The notes below the pieces were generated by a model. It worked only from the letters and a program-made list of their open reading frames with translations, was not told the DNA's origin and ran no database searches. The position numbers and the translations under genes are program-made. From positions 1 through 57,335 of the IMG/VR virus record IMGVR_UViG_3300037852_000033: a stretch of DNA of 57,335 bases. The stretch is one strand, 5' to 3'. Positions 32,037 to 41,345 of this stretch are shown here, piece by piece (positions within the stretch are counted from its first letter, which is position 1; the number at the start of each line of letters is the position of its first letter). This DNA comes from a virus. Lineage: Duplodnaviria > Caudoviricetes.

Positions 32037-35000
32037 ATGCCCAACCCACAGAGAAAGATCAAAGACACCTCCGCACACGATGTCGCCACCGGGGCACTAG
32101 AGGGCGGCATCCTCGGCCCAGTGACCGAGCCACTCTACAGCAAGCTGGGCGGAAAAGGATGGGGAGAATCAGTGCTCGGTGGCGGACCAAAGACCTTCAA
32201 GACTCGTGGGGGCTTCAAGTCCCTTGGCAAAGCCTCCCTCATCGGGGCTGGCTTAGGAGCGGCCTCGACCGCGCTCATTGGAGCAGGAGTCCATGCGATT
32301 GCCAAGAAGCGGGAAGAGGAACAGGAAATGTCCTCCAAGTCCCGCATCATCCGCTTCGCCAAGAGTGGAGAAATCCACGAGCGCTACGCCCCGAACTCGA
32401 TCTACAACACCACCAAGGGCGGACAAGAGATCAAGAAAGCGGTCCTCAACCGCAAGACCACCGACTTTGTGACTACAGGAAGAGGACGCAAACTGTTCAC
32501 TACCACCACCAGTCCATCTGGGCGGAAGGAACGCATCCCCAGAACCATTGGCAGCACTGGATTTAGCAAGGGTGGCGTCAGAGCATTCATCCGAGCTAAA
32601 TACAATCTCTCTGGAGCAGCCGCAAAACTCAAGGGCGACATTGATAAAATGGCAATTGATTACTCCAGGAGTGGTAGCACACCGGAGCAGATCAAGGAAG
32701 TGTCCAAGACGATGCGCCGAAAGCACATCGCCCACTACACCAAAGAGCTGCGCGGCAACATGAAGGCCCCTGAGAAAGTGAAGCCGGAGATGCAAGCCCA
32801 CCGCGATGTCATGGCCGGAGAGCTGCATGAATCTCGCAGGATCATCCAGGCGGAGAAACAACACCGCACTGGGGTCAAAACCAAGCCGCTCTCACCTGCA
32901 AAGATGCAAGAGATCAAGAGCCGCCCAATCCAGGGCAAGACCCATAAGGCATCCGGCCAGCCACTGATGGACAGAGACACCCTCCATACCCATCGTCAGA
33001 ACCTAGACGCCGCAGCATTGACCGAGCACACTCGCGCCCAGACCGCCTTGGAGCGGGTTCATGCCAAACTCAAGACCAAGATCGGTGCCGGACTGGAGCG
33101 GCTTGGGCTAATTGAGAAACACCAACGGGCAACTTCCGTAGAGAGCCTGATGGACCCACTCAAGATGACCGGCAGCACCCCCACAAAAACACAGAAGAAG
33201 CTCATCGCCGAGCCGCTAACCCACGGATACATTCCTACCGGAAGGCATCCACTGGATTACGAAATCAGAAAATCACCACGCCGCATTGGTATCGGCCATG
33301 TGAACAAGATCATCAGTCGTGTTCTTGGGATGCAAAACGCCGCAACGGGAGGTCTGGCCGGGGAGCGAATGGTTAAGGATAAGATTCTCAAGAAAGGAAC
33401 GATCTTTGATAAACCACTTCCAAAGGCCGCCCCACCTGAACCAGCCGGTTATCCGCATCTCAGGAAAGTAGGCATCGGACTCGGCGGGGCCGCCCTCCTT
33501 ACTGGAGGGATCATTGCGGGTAAGAAACTACTCGATCGCCGCAAGGAAAAACAACACGAGTTCAGCTCCGGCAGTAAGAAGCTCCGAACACTCCTTCAAG
33601 AAACCGAGGAAGCTGGTGGCGCAAAGGTCATCAAACACCTCACGGAAACTGGCGCTCTTGAATACGCCACCGAGGGAGGTGAGACTTATAAGAATAAGTT
33701 TGAGAACGAACTCAAGCGTAGTCACGACCTTAACAAGGAACTCACAGACCTTCACGCCAAGCGCGAGCATGTTGCCGGTCAGAAGAAATTCAAAGGTTCA
33801 GTTGAGGCCCGAAGCGAGGGCTTTAAGGAAGGCCGTAAGGCCAGCCTCAAGGAACACCTGGCATCTCAGGAAGCCTCCCGACTCCATCACGAGACCGAGA
33901 TCAAGGCATCCCGTGGTGAACGCGATGCCGCCAAAAGGACAGCCTCACGCATCATCCCTACCGCTATCGGAGCAGGAGCTATTGGTGGAGCAGGTGGATA
34001 CCTCATTGGCCGCAAGCCAAAGGAGACTCAATTCTCCGCTGATCCCATGGCCATCCGCAGCAACAACAAGAACGTCACCAAGGACAAATACGGCAAGTTA
34101 ATCAAGACCAACGAAGCCAACCGTCGTGACTCCAACTATGGCCGCAGCGCCCTGACTGGCGGAGCACTAGGGGCCGTGCTACGCGCCAAGATGAAGATTG
34201 TTAAACCCGGTCGCGCCGCGCTCATTGGGGCCGGATCAGGCATAGCCGTGGAGGCCGCCACCCGAATCGCCAACCGCAACAACCGAGACCAATTCGGCGA
34301 GAAGACCATTGGAGCCAAGCGCATCGAGGCCGCCCCATGGCAGGGTGGTGCCGCCGCCGCCGCCGTCATGGGAGCACGCAAGCTCTACAAGGAGAGCCCA
34401 GTGGTCCAGCGGACAGTCAGAAAGTATTTCAGCGCCATCGAGTTTGACCAACAGGATGATGACGAGCGCAGGGCGTCGTATCAAAAAGCCGCCTCTCGCT
34501 ACATCTACGGCAAACCACGCGCCGTCTACCCAAAGGCCGAGAAGTTCAAGCGCTACCTCGGACGCGGCAGCAGGCTGATTGAGAGCGCCAAGTCACACGT
34601 TAGCGGCAAACCCAACCTCGATGCCCGTGGACGGGAGAAGACGCCCGAATGGAAGAAGCCATGGGTCATTGGAGGACTCGCCACCACAGCTATTGCTGGC
34701 GGAGTCCTGGCTCACCATGGCGTCAAGAAGATCATTCGCGAAGCACCACACAACAGCAACCTTGGCCAGCTCCGCGAATCCTTCCTGCAAGGGCATCCGA
34801 CAGACGCGATGCGCAAGACTTTTCCAGCCACATCCAAAGTTGCTGACTTTATTACTGGAGTGAAGAGCGACATAGGAAAACTTATGAACAAAGCCGCCGC
34901 CCCAATGACCAAGGTGATTGGTGAGGCCGCTGGAAAACCGGGAGAAGTCCCTACCTCCAAAGAAACCCTGAAACGCCACAAGCAAGCTGCTACCGAGAAG

Positions 35001-36770
35001 GAGAATAAAGACATCGCTGAGACGCTTCACCAGAAAGGTCAAATCATCTCCGGCCCACGCAAGGGCAAAGGGCTATTCCCGGAAGACACTCACAAGTTCG
35101 CCGTCCACAACCCAGACTGGGATGTGCGCGACCAGCGCGGCAACAGCGCCCGCGTTTATGCCCCAGGACATCAGATCAGGGAGCGCCGACCCAAGGAATG
35201 GTATGAGCGCCAGGGCGTCCAGCGCACCGCTCTGGCCATCGCTGGCATCGGGGCTCCTGTTGGAGCCTACGTCGCCCACCGCAAAGGGATGTTCAAAGGC
35301 ATGGGAAAGGCAGTCCGCCGAGACGTGGATAGGTCCATACACAAGATCAGGCCAGCCAAGGGCACCCCATTTGGCATCGTCGATCCCATCGAAGCCTCAT
35401 CGAAGACCAAGCTCATCCACTTCCAGTCCGACGACCACGCCAAACGGAACAGCATTCTCACCGGCAGTGTCGGAGCATTGGCGGGATCGCAATATATCGG
35501 AGGCCGCGCCCCCTACCCCAACGAGGACCTAACCGGCAAACGGATTATCCGCCGCCATCGAGTTATTCCCATTGCCCAACATGAAGGTATTGGTATAGGT
35601 CACGATACCATTGCCGAGGTCCATCACCGTGGCATCCTTGGAGGTGGTAAAATAAGGGCCACTAAGATCAGCTCATTCAACAAAAGAGGAGATGCGAGAG
35701 TGGCCGACGAAGTAGGCAACATGACCGCCGCCCACCGAGCCAAGACCCAGATTGGCAAGCCATTCCGCTATAACCTCCTAACGAGCAACTGCCAGGATTT
35801 CACGGACTACGCTCGTCGTGTGACTCGTCCACTCTCCCGCCAGACCCGCAGAGCGATCGCTGGCGGAGGATTGGCAGCAGCGGCTGGATATGCGGCCTCG
35901 AAGATCAGCAGTCGCAAGGAGATGTCCTCACGCTCTCGACTCATCCAGTTCAAGGAAAAAAAGAACGACCACAAGGCTCTACGCACCGCCGCCATCGCCG
36001 GAGGAGTAGGAGCCGCCGCCGTAGGTGCAGCACTTCTGCCTGGTGCCTCCTCGCTGATGAAGATTCAGGGCCGCGAGGTGATGAGCGGGCTTAAGGGAAA
36101 GCTCTCCACCACCAAAGGACTCCGTTCATTCATCAACCCACCCAAGGCCGATCCAAATCGCGGCGGCAGGATGGTTGCTGATTACATCGACGCCTCCCAA
36201 AAGTTTCTCAATCAAGGTGTCCACGGAAAAGTGCTGGGAGCCGCCCTTGGGCATGCCAAGAGAAACCCAGAGGGTCCAGTATCCAAGGCCATTCAGAAGA
36301 TTCCAGGATCGAAGGGTGATTTCGGCATATCTCATTACGCCCGCTTCCGCGCCGGACACCGCGAAGCTCTTAATCACTGGGATTGGGAGGTGGGTGAGAT
36401 GATCAAGAAGCGCCCAGCAGTATCAACTCTCTGGGGCAGCAAGAAACCCAAGGGAGTCAGCAAGGAGGCGCATATCGCTTCCGAACATGAGACTCTAAGG
36501 ACGGGGCGCGAGAAGACCCACGCAGCCATTAACGAACAACTTTGGACCAAAGGTCTTAATGAACAGGATGCCATCCGCCACGTTGCCACCAGAACCGAAG
36601 ACCCAGAGATTCGCGGCTACTTCAATAAGCTGGCCATCACCAAGTCCGGCGCAGCCAAGGGATACGCCAAGAAGGCCCTTCTCTCCCCAGGATTGATCGC
36701 CGGAGGGGGAGCAACCGCCGTGGCCGGAGCCACCGTTAATCGCGACCGCAAGAAAAGAATCATCAGTTGA
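32037..36770 (+). CDS. 1577-aa basic modular polyprotein (putative internal head/ejected cargo) with Gly-zipper modules and an LRAT-like domain
   Basis: About 8 modules separated by EMSSKSRIIRF, HEF, TQF, KYFSAIEF, HKF, EASSKTKLIHF and EMSSRSRLIQF; located between portal and protease. Confidence 0.75.
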   Translation: MPNPQRKIKDTSAHDVATGALEGGILGPVTEPLYSKLGGKGWGESVLGGGPKTFKTRGGFKSLGKASLIGAGLGAASTALIGAGVHAIAKKREEEQEMSSKSRIIRFAKSGEIHERYAPNSIYNTTKGGQEIKKAVLNRKTTDFVTTGRGRKLFTTTTSPSGRKERIPRTIGSTGFSKGGVRAFIRAKYNLSGAAAKLKGDIDKMAIDYSRSGSTPEQIKEVSKTMRRKHIAHYTKELRGNMKAPEKVKPEMQAHRDVMAGELHESRRIIQAEKQHRTGVKTKPLSPAKMQEIKSRPIQGKTHKASGQPLMDRDTLHTHRQNLDAAALTEHTRAQTALERVHAKLKTKIGAGLERLGLIEKHQRATSVESLMDPLKMTGSTPTKTQKKLIAEPLTHGYIPTGRHPLDYEIRKSPRRIGIGHVNKIISRVLGMQNAATGGLAGERMVKDKILKKGTIFDKPLPKAAPPEPAGYPHLRKVGIGLGGAALLTGGIIAGKKLLDRRKEKQHEFSSGSKKLRTLLQETEEAGGAKVIKHLTETGALEYATEGGETYKNKFENELKRSHDLNKELTDLHAKREHVAGQKKFKGSVEARSEGFKEGRKASLKEHLASQEASRLHHETEIKASRGERDAAKRTASRIIPTAIGAGAIGGAGGYLIGRKPKETQFSADPMAIRSNNKNVTKDKYGKLIKTNEANRRDSNYGRSALTGGALGAVLRAKMKIVKPGRAALIGAGSGIAVEAATRIANRNNRDQFGEKTIGAKRIEAAPWQGGAAAAAVMGARKLYKESPVVQRTVRKYFSAIEFDQQDDDERRASYQKAASRYIYGKPRAVYPKAEKFKRYLGRGSRLIESAKSHVSGKPNLDARGREKTPEWKKPWVIGGLATTAIAGGVLAHHGVKKIIREAPHNSNLGQLRESFLQGHPTDAMRKTFPATSKVADFITGVKSDIGKLMNKAAAPMTKVIGEAAGKPGEVPTSKETLKRHKQAATEKENKDIAETLHQKGQIISGPRKGKGLFPEDTHKFAVHNPDWDVRDQRGNSARVYAPGHQIRERRPKEWYERQGVQRTALAIAGIGAPVGAYVAHRKGMFKGMGKAVRRDVDRSIHKIRPAKGTPFGIVDPIEASSKTKLIHFQSDDHAKRNSILTGSVGALAGSQYIGGRAPYPNEDLTGKRIIRRHRVIPIAQHEGIGIGHDTIAEVHHRGILGGGKIRATKISSFNKRGDARVADEVGNMTAAHRAKTQIGKPFRYNLLTSNCQDFTDYARRVTRPLSRQTRRAIAGGGLAAAAGYAASKISSRKEMSSRSRLIQFKEKKNDHKALRTAAIAGGVGAAAVGAALLPGASSLMKIQGREVMSGLKGKLSTTKGLRSFINPPKADPNRGGRMVADYIDASQKFLNQGVHGKVLGAALGHAKRNPEGPVSKAIQKIPGSKGDFGISHYARFRAGHREALNHWDWEVGEMIKKRPAVSTLWGSKKPKGVSKEAHIASEHETLRTGREKTHAAINEQLWTKGLNEQDAIRHVATRTEDPEIRGYFNKLAITKSGAAKGYAKKALLSPGLIAGGGATAVAGATVNRDRKKRIIS
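35540..35830 (+). other. LRAT-like (permuted NlpC/P60) domain within the polyprotein
   Basis: QHEGIGIGHDTIAEVH (His at 35580) ... RAKTQIGKPFRYNLLTSNCQDF (Cys at 35790). Confidence 0.75.
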
Positions 36771-36772
36771 CA
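36766..36772 (+). promoter_or_regulatory. late element GTTGACA, 14 nt before ATG 36787
   Basis: GTTGACA tccccatc T tcact ATG. Confidence 0.7.
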
Positions 36773-36786
36773 TCCCCATCTTCACT

Positions 36787-37401
36787 ATGAATCTCCAACA
36801 ACTCATACAGCTCCACGCAATCACCGATCAGGCACTTATTGAGCTTGGCAAGAAAGACTCGAAGGAAAAAACAAAGTTCAATGGTAAGATGATCAAAAAG
36901 AAAGACAAAAAGGAGATGTCATCCAGGATGGATAAGCTTATTCAGCTACGAGAGATGACCGATCGCATCATCGAGTTCGCCCGCTATGACGACGAGGACG
37001 AGCAAGGCAACATCCTCGGCACCGCTGCCAAAGTTGGCGTGGGCGCAGCCGGAGTCGGCGCAGTTGGCTACGGCGGATACAAGGCCGACCAGGCGATCAT
37101 GGGAAAATACGGAACCCGCAATACCCTCCAAGTCGGATCAACCAACCAAGTAGTTAATCCTGGGGCTGGTGGGTTCACCATGAATACGCCGGGAACACCA
37201 AACCCGCTCACCGCACAGGTAGGACGACCACAAGCCTACCGGGCCGCCGCCAGCGATCTCAGCAACGTGATCCGCAATCGCACCGGAGCCGCCTGGCAAG
37301 CTGGACGCCACGCCACCAACGTCACCGCAGGTCGCGGAGCAGGGACCCTGGAATCAATTCTCGCAGGTGTTAAGAAGGGTGCCAAAGTCGCCTTCCACTA
37401 A
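36787..37401 (+). CDS. 204-aa putative head cargo protein with repeated processing motifs and a Gly-zipper
   Basis: LIQLHAITDQALIEL, EMSSRMDKLIQLREMTDRIIEF, then GVGAAGVGAVGYGGY. Confidence 0.7.
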   Translation: MNLQQLIQLHAITDQALIELGKKDSKEKTKFNGKMIKKKDKKEMSSRMDKLIQLREMTDRIIEFARYDDEDEQGNILGTAAKVGVGAAGVGAVGYGGYKADQAIMGKYGTRNTLQVGSTNQVVNPGAGGFTMNTPGTPNPLTAQVGRPQAYRAAASDLSNVIRNRTGAAWQAGRHATNVTAGRGAGTLESILAGVKKGAKVAFH

Positions 37402-39203
37402 TGGCTCTTCAACCACCATTCCCGGAAAGCATGACGACCACCAGAATGGCTGGTCTGATCAAAGAGGCAAAGAAGAACAAGCCCTTCAGCAAGCGGATTC
37501 TTGGCGTCTTGAGCAAGATCAAATTCCAGGATGAACTGGATTCCATTTTATTTGACAGCGATGACGTTAAGGCGCGCTTCAAAAACTCAATCATCGGAGG
37601 CGCTGTTGGGACCGGCATCGGAGCCGGAGCAGCCGCACTATCACACAACAAAGTCAAGCTACCCAAAGTCTCTATCGACAAAGGAATACAAGTAAGCATG
37701 CAACATCTATCCAGACCAGGGGCGGCTCTATTTGGTGGTGGCGCTGGCGGAAAGATTGGCAGCTTGGCCGGTCTGACGGTTGGCAAGAAGAAAAACAAGA
37801 ACGGCAATCTCGTGCCCAACGATCAAGGCGGAGCCACCGCACTCAGGTCTGAGCTGAACGACATCATCGAATTTCAAATTCCTTGGCAGCAGATGGGCAA
37901 GGCCGCTATCAAGTGGGGAGGCATTGGAGCTGGTGTTGGAGCGGCAGCCGGAGGCATCAGTGGAGCACTAAGTAGCGATCCCAACCGAACAGCTCTTGGC
38001 GGAGCACTTAGCGGAGCTGTCACTGGAGGAGTTCTGGGAGCTGCCGGAGGAGCTGGCATGACAGCATGGAAGAGTAGACTGGCGGCCAGCAAGGGCATTG
38101 GAGGAGTGATTCCGGGATCAACTCCAACCGGGCCTATGACATCGCCACCAGTCAAACCACTCGACCCAGGCGGAGCATCCAGCATTCTCGGGGATCAGCA
38201 AGTCAAACAAGCTCAATACCAACAACTTCAACCACGAATGCTGAACCCAATGCCAGCACAAGTGCAGCCATCAATTACACCAAAGAGCCGATTCAGTAGT
38301 GCCGCCGAGGCCGTATCAACTCCGGTTGATGCCGACAAATTCAATTCCATGCAACCAAACATCCAAAAACGCGCCAGAGGTGTTGCTAATCTAGCCAACG
38401 ATCCTGGCACCGGAGGTGAAGGATCAGCAGCCCATCAGGCATTCTGGCGCATGCGCGAGGAGCATGGATTCCGTTCCGAACTAAATAACATCATTGAACT
38501 CTCCCGTGGTGATATGACCAAACTGGCCCGCAAGAAACTGGGCAAGAAAGTCATCACCGATGAGGAACTACAGGTGTCCAAGAACCGTGCCGCCAGGACC
38601 GCCCGCGACAAGCTGGCCAAGAAGGTCAGCGTGCTGCGGCATCTCACGGCACGGGAGGAGTTGATCCAACTCAAGGCCATCGACCTCGGCTACAGCTACG
38701 AGAGCATGTATGGCGGCTGCGGTATTGATGTTGCCGCCAAGCCAGATAGGAAGAACTACCCCTCCTTCTACGTCAGCGACCGACCGGACGAACTGGACAT
38801 CCCTATGGAAGGACAGGCCGTGATCAAATACAAGCTGCGCAGCAAGGAGATGCGCCAGAACGAGAAAGGTGAGAAGAAGCACTCCGCCAGCCTGGAGATT
38901 CATTCCATCGATCCCATCAAGGAGGACAAAAAACCCAAGCAGGGCGAGCGGGCCAAGCTGGTGAAGTTCCGCGCAGAGCTGGACTCGATCATCCACTTCG
39001 GCGATCCACGAAAGCGTAACAACCTGGGCGAGTTCAGCGGAGCCGAAGGCGGACCTGATCCGACCGCAATGGGTATCACCTACAAGAGCGGCCTCATCAG
39101 CTCCGCCGTGGGTGGCGCAGCCGGTGCGGCTGGCGGACTGGCGGTGACTAAGGGTCCTGCGGCGATCAAGAGCCTACTGAGTAAGATCAAGAAGAAGAAA
39201 TAA
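37401..39203 (+). CDS. 600-aa modular polyprotein (putative head cargo)
   Basis: Five spacer motifs FQDELDSILF, LRSELNDIIEF, FRSELNNIIEL, LTAREELIQL and FRAELDSIIHF separating Gly-zipper and basic modules. Confidence 0.75.
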   Translation: MALQPPFPESMTTTRMAGLIKEAKKNKPFSKRILGVLSKIKFQDELDSILFDSDDVKARFKNSIIGGAVGTGIGAGAAALSHNKVKLPKVSIDKGIQVSMQHLSRPGAALFGGGAGGKIGSLAGLTVGKKKNKNGNLVPNDQGGATALRSELNDIIEFQIPWQQMGKAAIKWGGIGAGVGAAAGGISGALSSDPNRTALGGALSGAVTGGVLGAAGGAGMTAWKSRLAASKGIGGVIPGSTPTGPMTSPPVKPLDPGGASSILGDQQVKQAQYQQLQPRMLNPMPAQVQPSITPKSRFSSAAEAVSTPVDADKFNSMQPNIQKRARGVANLANDPGTGGEGSAAHQAFWRMREEHGFRSELNNIIELSRGDMTKLARKKLGKKVITDEELQVSKNRAARTARDKLAKKVSVLRHLTAREELIQLKAIDLGYSYESMYGGCGIDVAAKPDRKNYPSFYVSDRPDELDIPMEGQAVIKYKLRSKEMRQNEKGEKKHSASLEIHSIDPIKEDKKPKQGERAKLVKFRAELDSIIHFGDPRKRNNLGEFSGAEGGPDPTAMGITYKSGLISSAVGGAAGAAGGLAVTKGPAAIKSLLSKIKKKK

Positions 39204-39212
39204 ATCCCCGCA

Positions 39213-39704
39213 ATGGACAAAGACGTGCTCCTATGGATATTCGGTATTACATTTACCGTAGTGGGATCGCTGTGGCTCATCATCTGGAATTCCGTGCGCA
39301 CAAATATCGACGAGGCGCACGATGACATCCGGGAGATGAAAGATAGGGTATCAAACATAGAGGGAAAACTCGGCGGCTACAGGAGTATGGACGACTCAAT
39401 TAAGGGTTTGATTATTCGCGTAACACGCATCGAAACCAAGATCGAACTGTTCTGGCAAAGCCTGGGAAATAGAGCAGCGGATATCCTCCACAGCTCCCAC
39501 ACCCCGGAGTTAGATGTCCTACTGGAAGCGTTTGGTAATAAAACCATTGACGATGCCGGGGTAAAAGAATTGATCAAGCGACTCGAAAACATTGAGCAAT
39601 CATCCGAAGACAAGGGATACAAAATTTCCAGTGCCATTCTCCTGCTCATCGTGAAATCAAACGCCGAGCTGAAAAAGGAGGAGAATAAAGATAAAACAGA
39701 ATAA
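39213..39704 (+). CDS. membrane protein, one N-terminal TM plus coiled coil (holin/XhlA-like architecture)
   Basis: VLLWIFGITFTVVGSLWLIIW followed by a heptad coiled coil. Confidence 0.5.
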   Translation: MDKDVLLWIFGITFTVVGSLWLIIWNSVRTNIDEAHDDIREMKDRVSNIEGKLGGYRSMDDSIKGLIIRVTRIETKIELFWQSLGNRAADILHSSHTPELDVLLEAFGNKTIDDAGVKELIKRLENIEQSSEDKGYKISSAILLLIVKSNAELKKEENKDKTE

Positions 39705-40042
39705 TGCCCTGGAAATCCAAAGCTCAGGAAGCATGGGGAAACTCACCTGCCGGTGAGGAGGCTCTAGGGACTGAAGGCGTGAAGCATTGGAATGAAGCAA
39801 CCAAAGGCAAGAAGCTGCCCCGGAAGATCGAGAAGAAACCCGAGGTCAAGATGTCGGCCAGAGACGAGTTGAACTCCATCATCCAGTTCAACATCGGGCC
39901 GATCCGAATCAAGCCGCCCAAGATTAGGCGCATCCAGGCTATTAAAGCCCCGCCAGTGAGCGATACGGACGCTCTCCATGCTCTGGCTAAGGCGGGCAAT
40001 GCCGACGCGCTAGCGGCCCTCCTGGGAAGAAAGAAGCGGTAA
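39704..40042 (+). CDS. 112-aa two-module protein with processing motif
   Basis: MPWKSKAQ N-terminus, MSARDELNSIIQF spacer, basic C-terminal module. Confidence 0.7.
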   Translation: MPWKSKAQEAWGNSPAGEEALGTEGVKHWNEATKGKKLPRKIEKKPEVKMSARDELNSIIQFNIGPIRIKPPKIRRIQAIKAPPVSDTDALHALAKAGNADALAALLGRKKR

Positions 40043-40147
40043 GCCTGTATTCGTGCAGGTGGTTGACAGCGGCGCATGAAAGTCGTAAAAGAAGCGCGCC
40101 CAGGTGATCCTTGCCGGGATCAAGTGGGCGCTAAACTGAAATGCACC

Positions 40148-41323
40148 ATGAATGCAAAACAGCCTGAACCAGTAATCGAGCCTGTCTCTAAGAATGGCGA
40201 GGAGAAACTCACGACGATCTACGCGCTGATCGACCCGAGAAATGGAGAGCTGTTCTACGTTGGAAAGTCCAACAACCCATCGCAGCGGCTGTATAAACAC
40301 CTATCCCACCCATTAAACAGCGGCAATGCAATGAGATTTAAGGGAATCACGGCAGCCGGACTGCTCCCAGAAATTGTAACACTTGAAATCTGCCCAATAG
40401 GGATATGGGAGGACAGGGAAAGATTCTGGATATCCAAGATGCGCGATGATGGTGTCCGATTAACAAATTTGACCGATGGCGGAAACGGAAAGGGTGATAT
40501 TTCAGAACGAGAGCACGAAGCGCGGGTTCGCGCCTGGACTCCAGAACGCAGGGAGGCGATGTCCAAATGGGCCAAGGCAAAGAATTCCGACCCAGTGATT
40601 ATGGCGGAAAATATAAGGCGAATGAAAGAGAGAATGACTGATCCAAAAAACAGAGCGAAATGCGCAGAAGGCATTCGTAAAAAATTCGCAGAAGACATGG
40701 AATTCAGAAAGGCCCACGCAGAACGAATGAAAGCAAGGAGCACCGATCCCATATTCGCAGCAAGGAGACTCAAGCGGCTAGAAAAATTAAATGCTGATCC
40801 TAAATTTATACAGGCCAAGCGAGATCGACTCAAGAAAATGCTATTAGACCCAGCTATGATAGTAAAGCGCGCTGCCGCGTCAAGCAGGGTGATTACCAAA
40901 CTTAACGCAGACCCCGAGTTTAGGGCCAAGCGAAATCAGGAACTTAAAAAACGGCATTGTGATCCAGAGTTCGCGGCAGCGCGAGACGCCAGACTTAAGG
41001 CGTTGCACGCTAATCCAGAGTTTACTAAGAAGATCAGCGAGCAGGCTAAAATCCATATAAGGAAACTGCACGCCGATCCAAAATTCCGAGCAGCACATGC
41101 GGATCGGTGTCGTATTAGAATGAAGCGCCTATGGGAAAACCAAGACTTTCGGGATAGGAAAAAGGAGGAACGAGAGCGCCACAATAGCGATCCAATTTTC
41201 CTAGATAAGCAACGGCGCGGACGCGAGGAATACCAAATGCGAGTAGTAAAATTCAGGAGAGCTGGTTATTCGTATCGAGATGCACAAAAGATAGCCGCAG
41301 CGAAGAAAAATTATAGGCAATAA
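40148..41323 (+). CDS. GIY-YIG homing endonuclease with C-terminal helical repeats (start 40148 or 40076)
   Basis: TIYALIDPR...FYVGKSNNPSQRL..H, EDRERFWI, LTNLTDGG; about 11 DPxF-type repeats. Confidence 0.85.
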   Translation: MNAKQPEPVIEPVSKNGEEKLTTIYALIDPRNGELFYVGKSNNPSQRLYKHLSHPLNSGNAMRFKGITAAGLLPEIVTLEICPIGIWEDRERFWISKMRDDGVRLTNLTDGGNGKGDISEREHEARVRAWTPERREAMSKWAKAKNSDPVIMAENIRRMKERMTDPKNRAKCAEGIRKKFAEDMEFRKAHAERMKARSTDPIFAARRLKRLEKLNADPKFIQAKRDRLKKMLLDPAMIVKRAAASSRVITKLNADPEFRAKRNQELKKRHCDPEFAAARDARLKALHANPEFTKKISEQAKIHIRKLHADPKFRAAHADRCRIRMKRLWENQDFRDRKKEERERHNSDPIFLDKQRRGREEYQMRVVKFRRAGYSYRDAQKIAAAKKNYRQ

Positions 41324-41330
41324 GTTGACA
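41324..41330 (+). promoter_or_regulatory. late element GTTGACA, 15 nt before ATG 41346
   Basis: GTTGACA tgcggctgcttggtt ATG. Confidence 0.65.
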
Positions 41331-41345
41331 TGCGGCTGCTTGGTT

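Noticed and set aside
32037-36770. 1577-aa protein as tape measure or MuF-toxin fusion
   Set aside because: A proper tape measure exists at 48350-50968; no MuF or ADP-ribosyltransferase motifs were recognised
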